From Diplonema japonicum (Eukaryota; Protista; Euglenozoa: Diplonemea), in the NCBI GenBank assembly GCA_964019335.1, contig OZ025707.1, positions 1 through 64,000 on the forward strand: 64,000 nt of DNA, written 5' to 3'. Position 1 is the stretch's first letter. Every line of letters starts with the position of its first letter. The notes beneath the pieces are model-generated. The model was not told where the DNA came from and ran no database searches. It saw only the letters and a program-made list of their open reading frames with translations. Positions 1 through 12,111 of this stretch are shown piece by piece. The translations under genes were made by a program, and so were the position numbers.

Positions 1-1008
1 TTACAGTGGTCGTTGCATTTTGGAGGGGTGAAGAGACAGACAGGTTGCAAAAAATAAGATTCTTGCTCCCCTACCTGTCTGCAACACTATTCCCCCAGAG
101 AATCAATCATTGATGAGAGTATGATCAAGTCACACAGTAGGCATTGCTTCAGAGTATTCCAGCCTGCAAAGAGGACAGGTGAGGCTGTGCACCAGACAGG
201 ATCTGACACAGGGTTGTGTTCAACTTGTCAATCTACTGCCCACAGTGCTAATACCATTGTAAAAGTGTGAAAAAGCAATCAAACACAGCATTGTGGACCC
301 TGATGTGAGGTATCTCAGCACTTGGCATATTACCTTCCACTTGGTGAAGGATCAAGTGTAGGGGGTGCTGGTGTTTGGGAGCCCTGACTCACATACAGGA
401 TTGGTGTACCATGTGATCACTGCAGAAGCACCAATGCTTATGATGCCAAAAAGGACAACATGGCAACCAAATGTCTTGGTGGCAGAGCTCTGCTTTGAGC
501 TTCTTGTCCTGCAGCCCAAGCATGACAATGAAAGCTCTCACAACATTCTCCCATATCTCCTGTGGTGCCTTCAATGGCATCTTGCTTGACATGAAGTGAA
601 CATCATGCTCAGTCTGAAAGCACACCCCACATGACTTGTTGATGCCACTATTCATGTCCACCTGGTGGATGGCTCAGCATCAGTAGCATTCCCCTTGTAC
701 CCCAGCATTGATAACTTCTATACTGGTGTTACCCTTGTACAACAGATGTGGGAATTGGGTTTGTGGTGGAAACAATCCAAGGAAAGTCCAGTCAATGGTG
801 GTAACAATCCAAAGAAAACCACCAGAATGTACCTAATCTTGCCCCAGTGAAGAAGCAAGTAGGCCCAGGCAGGCCCAAAAACGGGTTCATGATGAGCAAC
901 AACAGCTTTTCAACTGTTATGTGCCAGTCTGGAAACAACTGCCCAGCAAGCACCCATTCTGAAATGGGGACCAAGGGGCCCAGGGAAGATGCCAGGCATG
1001 ACTTCACT

Positions 1009-1010
<2 letters not shown>
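1..1010 (+). mobile_element. Degenerate piggyBac-type transposase remnant
   Basis: + strand reads DESMIKSHSRHCFRVFQPAK (~112-171) and IDNFYTGVTL (~707-736), resembling the DESM and DNFYT catalytic-Asp motifs of piggyBac DDD transposases. Many stops and frameshifts; almost no CpG. Confidence 0.75.
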
Positions 1011-1084
<74 letters not shown>

Positions 1085-1177
1085 GGGACTTGAGAATGTT
1101 TTTTTTTTTTTTTTTTTCTTCAAAAGACACACAAGGCACGATAAATCTTAAGAGAAAATAAAAATATTACACAGGAA

Positions 1178-1560
1178 TTTCTTTGTGTTTTTTGTGTCAC
1201 AAAGACCCAAATTTAGGCTGGGGCTTGCATTTTTTTGGTACTTTTGGTTTCAAAAGTTCAAAAAAAGAGGTCCAAGGTTTGGGTGGGATCTTAGGTGGGA
1301 TGTGAGGCAAGGCTCATACTACCTTGTTGTGGCTATGCAAAAAAAAAAAAAATGCTTTTCCATCCCATGGGTGAAAAGAGGCAGATAAAACCACTATTCT
1401 GGACCCCCCCCAACACTGAGCATGCACTTTTTCCCCCATAAAAAAAAAAAAAAAATTAAAAAAAATGTCAGGGGGTTTGGAGACCTGCTTTGAAAAAAAT
1501 ATTAAAAAGAGGCCTTTGCAAGAAAAGTACAATGCAAAAAAAAAAAAAAAAAAAAAAGTA
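1178..1560 (+). repeat. Dispersed repeat, copy 1 (inverted copy ~5428-5690, partial direct copy ~7368-7530)
   Basis: tttctttgtgttttttgtgtcacaaagacccaaatttaggctggggcttgc...ggctcatactaccttgttgtg recurs reverse-complemented at ~5540-5690 and directly at ~7368-7530. Confidence 0.85.
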
Positions 1561-2077
1561 AAAAAAGGGATGGGCAGTGTTGGCCAGACTGGTGGTCTGA
1601 GGGGTCTGGCCCACAAACCACCCCAACACTGCAAATTTTCGACCACACCATGTGGTGTGTTGTGACATATTTTACACCATATTTCACATACCTGATGTTC
1701 TACATGATGTATGCAACACAGGGTGCACAACATGACACGTGTTTTATAACATGTACCACTATGCTGCACAGGGAAAAGCAGGTGTCACAATGTGCACCTC
1801 CTGGTGCACAATATACAAAAAAAAAAAAGAAAAAAAAATTTCAGTGTGCATGGGGGTGCTGACTGTTGGTAGGAAAAAAAAAAAAAAAAAGAAAAAAAAA
1901 AAAAGAAAAAAAATCTTTTATCTTCTTTTTCAGGTGGGGATAACATGAAAATATATGAAAAACATCAGATGTTGTTCACTGTTGACCTCCTCATCTGTCA
2001 TCACTGAGCAAACCACATGAGCACAGAATCTTGGTTACCTGGGGTGCCCTGGCTGGGGTTGAGCTGAACACCACACA

Positions 2078-2380
2078 CATTAAGGACATGACACAGAATG
2101 CAGAAGAAGCTACAACCCAGCCATCCAGCCATCATGATTAAGGAAATGACACGGAACACAAAAAGCTACAACTCGGTCGTGGTGATTAAGGACACAATGC
2201 AGAATGCAGAAGAAGCTACAACCCAGCCATGGTGGTTAAGGAAATGACATGGAATGCAAGAAGTTACAACCTGGCTGCAGTGATTAAGGGCATGATGTGG
2301 AATGCAGAAGAAGCTACATCCTGGCCACAGTGATTAAGGAAACAATGCAGAATGCAGAAGAAGCTAAAACTCGGCTGTGG
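2078..2380. repeat. Degenerate ~45-50 bp tandem repeat
   Basis: Recurring unit gattaagga...atgcagaatgcagaagaagctacaac, about 6 copies; related sequence at 3740-3990. Confidence 0.75.
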
Positions 2381-3265
2381 TGTGCCCCCTGTAATCAAGT
2401 AGACAGTTCTTGTGCAGGGTGCTGCCAACACCGGCCTCCTTTAACTCATATATTTATCTCCTATATATTATTTTCAGGTGGGGGGGGATAACATGAAAAT
2501 ATGTGCAACAAACAGGCAGTGCAATGCAGGGGTTGAGCTGTACATTGCACACATCAGGGGCACAGTGCTGAAAGCAAGGAACCAATCTGTTTACACAGGT
2601 TGTATAAACATACACACCCTCCTCTTATACATATTATTTATTATTTCCCCCCTTTTCTATTACATCCAAATACAACATTTGATGTGGAAAGCAGAAACAA
2701 CAGCTTGGCTTAGGTGTGTGAAAAAATGTGAGAAGACAAGAAAAAAAGAAGGGGGAAAAAAAAAAGGTAAACACATCATGTATGTCAAAAAAAATCAAAG
2801 ATTTTTTTCTCTTTTTTTTTTTTCCCCATTTTTTTTTTTTTTTTTCCAAAGGGAAAAAAAAAAAAAAAAAAAAGTTGCAAAACTATCAAAAATAATGACA
2901 GTGTTGGGGAGAGTCCTGTGAGTCCCATCGAGTCCCATCCCATGGAGTCCCATGAGTCCCATCCAGGCCTGTATTCCATTTTAGGGGATGGGAGGGGACT
3001 GACCAACACTGTTTTTAACCCCAAAATTTTTTTTCTGGAAAAAGCCAGAAATCATGAAATTTATATTTAAAACACTGTAAAAACCCATTTCTGCAAACCA
3101 AAAAGTTCAGAAAGGTGTTTAGGTGGAATACACATCTCTAAACTATATTCTGAAGTAAAAAGTAAGTAAAAATCCAAAAATTTCAGGGGGGTAACTCCTC
3201 ATGACACACTGGGAGGGTAAAAAAAATTTTGTTTTTTTTTTGAACACCCAATTTGGTCCTGAAAA

Positions 3266-4226
3266 CAGTGATGGGTGAATCCTAATTAGGACTAGACCAG
3301 ACTGGACTGGATCCAGCATGAATTTCAACCCAATTATGCCAGACTGACCAGACTGACCAGACTGGACCAGACCAGACCAGACCAGACCAGACTGGACTGG
3401 ACTGAACCAGACCATACAAGATACAACCACAACACCACATCCCCCCCTTTTTTTTGCTGCAGAGTTCAAACATATAAACAGATGTCTACAAGAAAAGATG
3501 TTACACAGGTACTGAGAGATGACAACAACAACAAAAACAATGAGAAATGAAGAAAAAAAAAAAAAAAAAACCTTTATCTTCTTTTTCAGGTGGTGGGGAA
3601 CATGAAAATATAAGAAAAACATCAGATGTGTTGTTCACTGTTGACCTCCTCATCAGTCATCACCAAGCAAACCACACGAGTGCAGAATCTTGGTTACCCC
3701 AGGCTGATGCTATGGCTGGGGTTAAGCTGCAACTGCACACATTAAGAACACAACACAGAACACAGAAGAAGCTACAACTCAGCTGCAGTGCCCCCCTGTA
3801 TCAAGTTAACAGTTCTTGTGCAGGCACCACCAACACGATGAACAGGCATTTCCTCCATCCACTTGGCTGGTCATCACCTGTAGCACCCTGAGTGGAAGAA
3901 CAAATTGCAGATGCTCAGGGTGAGTAAACTACTTAGGGCACCAGCTGGGGTTGAGCTGCACACTGCATGCATTAAGGACACAGAAGAAGCTGTGGTGTAC
4001 CCCCTGTAATCAAGTAGTCTTGTGCAGGTCCTTTAACTCATATATCTCTCACCATGGCCAGGTTGTAGCTTCTTCTGTGTTCCACATTGATCACCACAGC
4101 CGGGTTGTATTACATCCAAATACAACATTTCCAGACATTTGTACATACCTGCAGCTGCAGTGCACCAGAGTAGATAGGTGCAAATGGCTTGATGGAGCTG
4201 TGCATGTCTGTGGTATGAAGAAGAAG

Positions 4227-4259
<33 letters not shown>

Positions 4260-4429
4260 AAAAAAAAAAAAAAAAAAATCATTGTCCAAAAATATTTGAA
4301 AAAAAAGTGTTTGCAGGTGTGTCAAAAATTGCAGAAAATTTTTGAGTCCAGTCAGTCTGGCCAATCTGGTCAGTCTGGTCAGTCTGGTAAAATGGGTACA
4401 CTGGACTGGACTGGATTCACCCATCACTG
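3266..4429. mobile_element. hAT-like non-autonomous element with CAGTGATGGGTGAATCC terminal inverted repeats
   Basis: cagtgatgggtgaatcc at 3266 and ggattcacccatcactg ending at 4429, with subterminal (gacca/gactg)n repeats. An extra inverted left end lies at ~5798-5935. No clean 8-bp TSD seen. Confidence 0.6.
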
Positions 4430-5386
4430 GGTGCAGGTACCCAGGATCCTGTGCATACTCACATGAAACAGCAACACCTGGCAAGATGCCAACAATCTTC
4501 CCATCCCAGACAGAAACCATGTCGTCCTGTGTTGGTTTCTTGTGTTGCTCCCCTCCAATGCCCCAGAAGTGGGCTCTGAAGGTTGTGCCTTCTCCTTTCC
4601 CCTTCATGAAATGCAACATTTCATCATGGCTGAGGCCATTCTTGTTGCCAGTCTGGGTAAGGTCTTGTGTTTTCACATATTTCTGTGAGAACACAGTTGA
4701 TGCCTTTTGCATTGAGATGCGTCCATCAATGCTGCCACTGCTGCTGCTTGTACTTGAACTTTCTCTTTTGTGCTTCTTTATTTTATTTATTATTTTTTTT
4801 TTTTCAAATGTTTAAACCTTTCTCTTCATTTTTGTATTGATTTCCTCCTCTTCTTCCTCCTCCTCTAGTTCAGATTTACCTGAACATAGCCCATGCCATG
4901 CCATATTGAGTTGGCAGTCATGTTTCTGGTGGCTTATCCTCTGCACCCTCTGCACCCCTTTCACCTTCTTCACTACTTGGCACAGCTTTGGTGTTGGGAA
5001 CGAAGAACAGAAGCAGAACAAGTACCACAATCATTTTATCTGTTAATTGTAAAAAATAATACAAAGAAAATGATAAACAAAGGCTAAATACTGTATAAAT
5101 ACACATTGACTCTGACAGCAATGCAACACAATGTGAAGCAACATGATGTGTTTTCTGTTCACATTTCATTCACTTGACACAAAAAATGTGAAGTAACACA
5201 ACACAACACACCAAAGTGTCGTTTTATATTGTACCATACAGTGTATAAAATATTTTCTGTGTCGAAATTTCTAAAAAAAACTCCCAGAAGGGCTGCCCTT
5301 TCATAACTGAAAGTTAGATTTTTTCTTTTTTTTTTTTTTTTTACATAATTTGTGTTGTACTTTTGTCATGATAAGGCCATGCCAGG

Positions 5387-5429
<43 letters not shown>

Positions 5430-6469
5430 ATTGTACTTTTCTTGCAAGCCTCTTTTTAATATTTTTTTTTCAAAGCTGGTCCCTAAACCCCAAGACATTT
5501 TTTTTAATTTTTTTTTCTTTTTTTTTTTTTTTTTTACATAGTCACAACAAGGTAGTATGAGCCTTGCCTAAGATCCCACCCAAACCTAGGACCTCTTTTT
5601 TTGAACTTTTGAAACCAAAAGTACCAAAAAAATGCAAGCCCCAGCCTAAATTTGGGTCTTTATGACACAAAAAACACAAAGAAATTTTTTGGTCCCAAGA
5701 GTCCCCTGAGTCCCCTCCAGACCCCTGAAAATTTCAGGGGACTCCTGTCCTGTCCCTTGGAGTCCCCTGAGTCCCTCAAGGGTCTGGACCAACACTGGTC
5801 TGGTCCAGTCTGGTCTGGTCTGGTCTGGTCTGGTCCAGTCTGGTCAGTCTGGCATAATTGGGTTGAAATTCACACCAGATCCAGTCCAGTCCAGTCCAGT
5901 CCAGTCTAGTCCTAATTAGGATTCACCCATCACTGCTTGAAGTAGGTTTCCCAGCTGTGGTTACCTAATTGAATTTTTTTCTTCAAGGAATCAACTTTCT
6001 TCTGAAAATTTAAGATTTATATCATTCTACCACCTTTTTACTCACTTTTCAGGAAACACACAATTTCACACATTTGAATTTATTCTTTAGTTTTTTTCTG
6101 AACCTATTTAATTTTTAAACCTAATAAAGAAAGTGTAAATCTCCTAATCAAAACTTTTTAGTCCCAGTGTTGCCAAAATGGGTTGAAAATTAAAGTACCC
6201 AGCTGTGGTTACTTAATCAAAAAAGAATTTAATAGCCCATTTAACCTATGTATTCAAACCTTTTACCCTTACTTGGTTTTTTTTGTGGAATTTATTTCAT
6301 TTTTTTGGTTCTTTGCCCAGCAATAGCAGTTGGTCTTTCCTCCTGGCTGCAATCTCCTTCACCTCCAGTGCTTTGCCAACAATAGCAGTGTGTCAGTGGT
6401 GGCACCTTCTTCACCTCAATCCTGGGACCTTTCAACCCTAATATTGCCAGCCATTTTTTAAAACAACCT

Positions 6470-7230
6470 GCCAATAAAGTACAGTAAAAACAGGGGGGGG
6501 GGGGGGGGGGGAAATACAAAGAATGAGAAAGGTAAGTTATAAAGGAAAGAAAAATGACAGATGGACCATTACTAGGCCAAGTACAGATGCCCTTTGTGAA
6601 AAAATCTTATTTTCTGAGGTAAAATATCACTTTTCAGGTGTTTTTGACAATTTTTTTTTGTGAGGAAAAAAATTCTTTGGGCACTTTTTTTTTGACCCAT
6701 GACCATCTCACTTTCACTATTAGCCTTATTAAGGTCTAGAATAGGTATTTTTGAGGGGAAAAAAATTATTTTTTGAGAAAAAATCAATTTAAGGGTGTTT
6801 TTGGCCACTTTTTTTGGGAGGAAAAACAATTTTTTTGGACACCTTTTTTTTTTTTTTCCCAGCACCCCATGCACCCAATAAAGTACAGTAAAAAAAAGGG
6901 GGGGTAAATACAAAGAATGAGAAGGGTAAGTCATAAAGGAGAGAAAACCAACAGATAGACCATTACTAGGCCTGATATAGGTACCCTTATGGAAAAAAAT
7001 CAATTTTTCTGAGGTAAAAAACCACTTTTCAGGTGTTTTTGACCACTTGTTCATGTGAAAAATAATTTTTTTTGGGCACCTTTTTTTTTGACCCCCAAAC
7101 ATCTCACTTTCACCCCACTTCACTAAAAGCCTCTATTAAGGCCTAGGATAGGTACTTTTGAGAAATTTTTGGGTGTCTTTGACAACTTTTTTTGGGTGGA
7201 AAAAAAATTTTTTTGGACACTATAAAAAAA
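6470..7230. repeat. ~400-bp direct duplication with internal sub-repeats
   Basis: ccaataaagtacagtaaaaa...aaatacaaagaatgaga...accattactaggcc starts at ~6471 and again at ~6875. Confidence 0.75.
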
Positions 7231-7531
7231 ATTTTTTTTTGCCCCCCTGCCCCCCTGTGCCCCCCCGAAAATCTCAGGGGGGCAACCCATTCTCATAACA
7301 ACACTGACAGGAGTCCCCTGAAATTTTCAGGGGTCTGGAGGGGACTCAGGGGACTCTTGGGACCAAAAAATTTCTTTGTGTTTTTTGTGTCACAAAGGCC
7401 CAAATTTAGGCTGGGGCTTGCATTTTTTTGGAACTTTTGGTTTCAAAGGTTCAAAAAAAGAGGTCCTAGGTTTTGGGTGGGGTGTGAGGCAAGGCTCATA
7501 CTACCTTGTTGTGACTATGTGAAAAAAAAAA

Positions 7532-8451
7532 AATGCATTTTTTAAAAAAGGGAAACGGATATGGAAACGGAAACGTTTCCTTATGTTTCCTTAAGAAGGA
7601 AACGCGTTTCCATAAGAATGTTGAAAAGGAAACGGAAACGGAAAGTTTCCACGTTTCCTGCCAGCATAGCCCTAGGGGGGGGGGGGGGGGGGGTAGGGGG
7701 GTCATATGGTCCTTAAAAAGGGCCACTTTTTGCCCTTTTTCATTTTATGTTCCCTAGGATTACATAGGGAAAGTACCAAACAGGGGCCCCAAAATTAGAA
7801 CATGATTCTGGGCACTTCTGGGGCCGGAAACCATCGGGAAACGGGGGTTTGGGTGATTTGTGGGCACTTTTGGGGTGGTTACAGTTTTTTTAAGGGCCCA
7901 AAATGCCCTTGGTGAAGAGCCTGAAAAAGGGCAAAAAACGACCCCCTTATGACCCCCCCTAGGGCTATGCTGGCAGGAAACGTGGAAACGTTTCCGTTTC
8001 CGTTTCCATACTTTTCAAAATTCTTATGGAAACGGCTTCCTTCTTAAGGAAACATAAGGAAACGTTTCCGTTTCCGTATCCGTTTCCGTTTCTTTTTTTT
8101 TTCAAAAAATGCATGGAAACGTGGAAACGTTTCCGTTTCCGTTTCCATACTTTTCAAAATTCTTATGGAAACGCGTTTCCTTCTTAAGGAAACATAAGGA
8201 AACGTTTCCGTTTCCGTTTCCGTTTCCATACTTTTCAAAAAATGCATAGCCCTAGGGGGGGGGGGGGGGGGGGGTAGGGCTATGCTGGCAGGAAACGTGG
8301 AAACGTTTCCGTTTCCGTTCCCGTTTCCGTTTCCATGTTTTCAAAATTCTTATGGAAATGGCTATGTTTCTGCCAAGGAAACGGCCCCAAAATAGGGAAA
8401 CGTTTCCGTTTCCGTTTCCGTTTCCCTTTTTTCAAAAAATGCATAGCCCTG
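7532..8451. mobile_element. Cluster of hAT-like MITEs (TAGGGCTATGC...GCATAGCCCTR ends, GGAAAC/GTTTCC internal repeats) plus one TAGGGGGGTCAT-ended MITE (7694-7961)
   Basis: Complete copies at 7960-8254 and 8275-8451, a partial inverted copy at 7532-7674, and a further copy at 10587-10684. Copies abut poly-G tracts. Confidence 0.75.
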
Positions 8452-8737
8452 GGGGGGGGGGGGGGGGGTCAAAGTGGGTTGTATGTTTTTCTATTTGGTC
8501 CAGAATATCTGGTTTAGGATGTTTGAAAATAGCTTCTTTGGTAAAACTGAATACAACCGGGTGAGCGTCTCGAGACACTTCCAACCTACCTAGTGGGTGC
8601 AGCCTTAGCAAGTCGAAAAAGAAGTGGAATTAAAAAAAAAATAAACATGTGTTTGAATCACCCCTCTTTTTTCCCCTCTATTTTTTTCTTTTTTTTTGAC
8701 ATACTTCATTCTTCTTTAACCCACTGCACTCACAGGC

Positions 8738-11224
8738 ATGGATAAGAGTGTAGAACAGTACTAACATGGTCACAGATCAACTCAGCCCAGAGGCGATGGA
8801 GAATGCCAGAAGGTCACCATGGCTTGAAAATCTAGCTGTATACTACAAAACACATCACCCAGAAACAACGAATGACAAGATTATCATGCTGCTGGCGAAG
8901 TACGACGATTTCGAGGAGGATCTATACCAGGCGATAGAGGTCATATACGGGGTGCGACCAGAGTGGCCGGTGGGCGTCCCGGCAAAAGAAGCAAAACTAT
9001 CCCCTCGAAAAAAGCGGCTCCCTCCGGCCCGTGTGGAACGCAGGCTTAACAACGGAGTGCCTGTAAGCTATGGCGAATACCTACGCCAAGGCGGCACAGA
9101 GAAGGCCTGGGCAACACTGCCACTCGAGACCACCTATGACAGGGATGAGGACGGGAACTTGCTACCTCTGAAGACACGCGTCACCCTAGCACGGTCAAAG
9201 CACGATCCTTTAGGCAGCCCGTTCTGCTGCGCAAAGTGTGGTAGGTGCGGTGCACTCCTCGAGCTTCTTCTAGATCCCAGTGTTATGAACTTTCAAGAGC
9301 TTTCTTCTCAGCTGTCCGAAAGCAGAATGACCATACAAAGACTGGAGATGCAACTCCGCCAACAGCCGAGCGTTCCAGAGGTTAGGGTCCCCCCGCCTGT
9401 GCAGCTACCTCCACAGCCTACGAACCTTGCCGAGCTGCAGCGGCTGCAGTGGCTGCTCAGAGAAAGTCATGAAAAAGAGAAGATACAGGCCGAACGTGCG
9501 AACATGCTGTCGTTCAAAATAGTAGATCTGACACATGGTATTTTTTCCTTTTCTTTTTTCTCTTTTGCAATAGTGATCCACATCGCAAAAGAAAAAAAAA
9601 GAAAAAAAAAAAACAAAAAAAAAACCGAGCAACACATATAACTCCAATTTCTTTCTTCCGGGTGCAGAGAAGGGGAGGTCTTCAGAAAAGTGTACTCCAA
9701 GGCTTTTACATCGATTGTCGAAATGTTCGTGGGTGTTTGGTTCTTGAAGATGACCTGCGTTCTTTTTCAAGACGATAAGAGTGAAGAAGTCGAAGAAACG
9801 TTTCCGTTCTGAATCCCTATTCCGAGCTTGGAAACACGTCTTTGCCAACATATCCCGGGGGGGGGGGGGGGGGGGGGGGGAGGTAGGGGGTCGTTTTTTT
9901 GCCATTTTTCAGTTTCTTCGCCAAGGGCATTTTGGGCCCTTAAAAAACTGTAACCACCCCGAAAGTGCCCACAAATCACCCAAACCCCCGTTTTTTGGTA
10001 CTTCCCCTGTGTAATCTTAGGGAACGTAAAAAAAAGGGGTCCATAGGATTACATAAAAAAGGGGTCCATAGGATTACACTGCGAGAATGATGCGAGAATT
10101 TTTTTTGGCTGAAACTTCAACAGGGAAAGCCAGGTGTCTGAGTGTCAAAATCTTTGAAGGACCTCAACAGGCAGTGCTTTGCCCCGTGATGGGGCCCATT
10201 GGTGGAGCTCGTGCATGAAGATACCGACACCAGACACGCTGCTGGCAAAGGGACCCGGATTCGAGAAGGAGATAAGGGCTCGAGAAGAGTGAAGCAAAGC
10301 ATCGAAAAGACCCTGTTGCCGTTAAGCACAGACGCCACCAGTGCCAAACATTTCTGGGCTGGTCGGATACTCAGAGGAGCCCCTCCTCCTTCACCTGGAC
10401 ATCAAGGAGGGTGAATCACACACGGGGGCGGACGTGAACGCATTGATCGCGTTAGTTCGGTCGAGGGGGGTTATTTTTGACACATGCACATCTGAAGTGC
10501 ACACTAGAGAATCGTGCGAGAATGACACGAGAATTTCGGCTCAGATTTTCTTTGTGCGAGAATGCGACTCGCTTCACCACTATGCCTAGGGCTATGCTGG
10601 CACGAAACGCGTTTCTAAGCACTTTCTTGAAAGTAAGGAAACGAAAACGGAAACGTTTCCCCGTTTCTTGCCAGTATAGCCCTGGGGGGGGGGGGGGGCA
10701 ATTTCTTTTCCATACACCACACAAAAACAGAGCTGCAGCGACAAGCCGAAGGGTCAAATAGCTTCAACGAAGTGCTTGCGGTGAAGGACCGGGAGTTGAA
10801 AGAACTGCAACAAAAGCTTCAAGACGCATTGGTGTCTTGCAGCGCACGGCAAACGGAATATGAGGAGATGAGAAAGAGAGTGAATCAGCGGGAAAGAGAA
10901 GCACCGGTGGCATCGCCGCCACCACCACCGCCGCCACCCGCATCGGCTGCTGGGTCCGTTGACTCGAATGCAAACCGTGTGCAACACCATCACGTGAAAA
11001 GAATAAAGATCCTACCCATCACACCTGTTGGGGTGACTATGGAACGCGTGCGAAAAGAAGAGAATTCCAAACCAGTAACACAGCTGCCTTTGAAACCCAG
11101 AAACAGTCTTTATATAACATCCACACGTAATGCAGCCCCTGGCAGCCCAAGAGATATCTCCGATCTGCTGTCAAGAGCCGCGCCAACGACAGTGGCCCGA
11201 ATGAAGCTAAAGGGCAACTTCTAG
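8738..11224 (+). CDS. Hypothetical coiled-coil/proline-rich protein; exons ~8738-8747, 8776-9537, 10731-11224
   Basis: ORFs 8766-9641 and 10772-11224 join in frame through GT(9538)...AG(10730), giving ...DLTH-E-LQRQAEGSNSFNEVLAVK.... The first 28-nt intron (with tactaac) is less certain. Confidence 0.65.
9796..10684. mobile_element. Nested MITE fragments inside a ~1.2-kb intron
   Basis: 9885-10030 is an inverted copy of ~7745-7947; 10587-10684 is a TAGGGCTATGC MITE; GCGAGAAT-repeat ends at ~10080 and 10505-10588. Confidence 0.7.
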
Positions 11225-11499
11225 TTGCCATTCTATCCGTTGCAAGGATACTTAAGAAAAGTTCTCTATTTCCTTTTCTTTCTTCCCCCCCCCCCCTGCA
11301 TCTTCTAACTGTATTATACAACCTAAACTGCATGTTGCTCCCCACTGCTCTAAGCTTGTTGTTGGAAAATCCTTTTGATATTTTTTTTTCTTTACCGGCG
11401 TTCTGACATTGTAATCATTGTTCCCATCCCTGACAATGTATTCCCGGTGCGGTAGTTAAAGAGATGATAACATAAAAAAAAAAAAGAAAAAAAGAATAG

Positions 11500-11740
11500 C
11501 CCTTCAGATCCGTAAAGTGACCCCGCCTGAGAACCCCTTTGTCTCCTCTAAGATTCCCACAGTCACACAGGGCAAAATCAAAAAGAAATGCCCAAAGGTT
11601 CACTGTTAAACATTTTGTGAAAAATCCATATGGCGGTCATTGGTAGTTTTAAATCCATTCCAGCCCAGAAAAGGCATTTAGAAGTTTTATTGAGGCGTCA
11701 TTTTGCGGGCGGTGATCAAACACTTTACGGATTTGAAGGG
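11500..11740. mobile_element. 241-bp MITE with 20-bp terminal inverted repeats (piggyBac-like CCC ends)
   Basis: cccttcagatccgtaaagtg ... cactttacggatttgaaggg (1 mismatch). Flanks are not a clean TTAA. Confidence 0.65.
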
Positions 11741-12111
11741 TAACATAAATATAAAAAAAAAAGAAAAGAAATGTGTAACTTAGGAACATATTACCAGACT
11801 AGGTTGGCCTTCCGAGTGCTACGCCCGTCGCCTCCTCGGTGTGAAGAAGTGCTGTCTGGCTCTTCTAACTGCTGGCTTTTATTCTAGTCCAGCTCCCCCC
11901 CCCCCCCCCCCCCCGCTCTCGACCCAATGTTCCTGTTCCTTCTTCTATAGCAGGGACACTGAAGCGGCCGAGCACGCTTGTCTCTGGGTGTCAACCCCCC
12001 CCCCCCCCCTGTTTTCTTAGTTATGTGTATTCGATTCAATCTGTTGTTTTTTTTGTTTGTTCGTCTGCTGTCTTTTTTTTTTCTTCTCCCTCACGCATTC
12101 CTAAAGAAACC

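Noticed and set aside
4430-5050. Minus-strand ORF fragments as a host gene
   Set aside because: Broken, CpG-depleted and embedded in repeats; probably a decayed element, family not recognisable.
7960-8451. GTTTCC repeats resembling a CRISPR array
   Set aside because: No regular unique spacers and no cas genes; eukaryotic context; bounded by TIRs as MITEs.
792-8564. Numerous short poly-Lys/poly-Phe ORFs in the ORF track
   Set aside because: They are translations of homopolymer tracts and MITE repeats with no coding signature.
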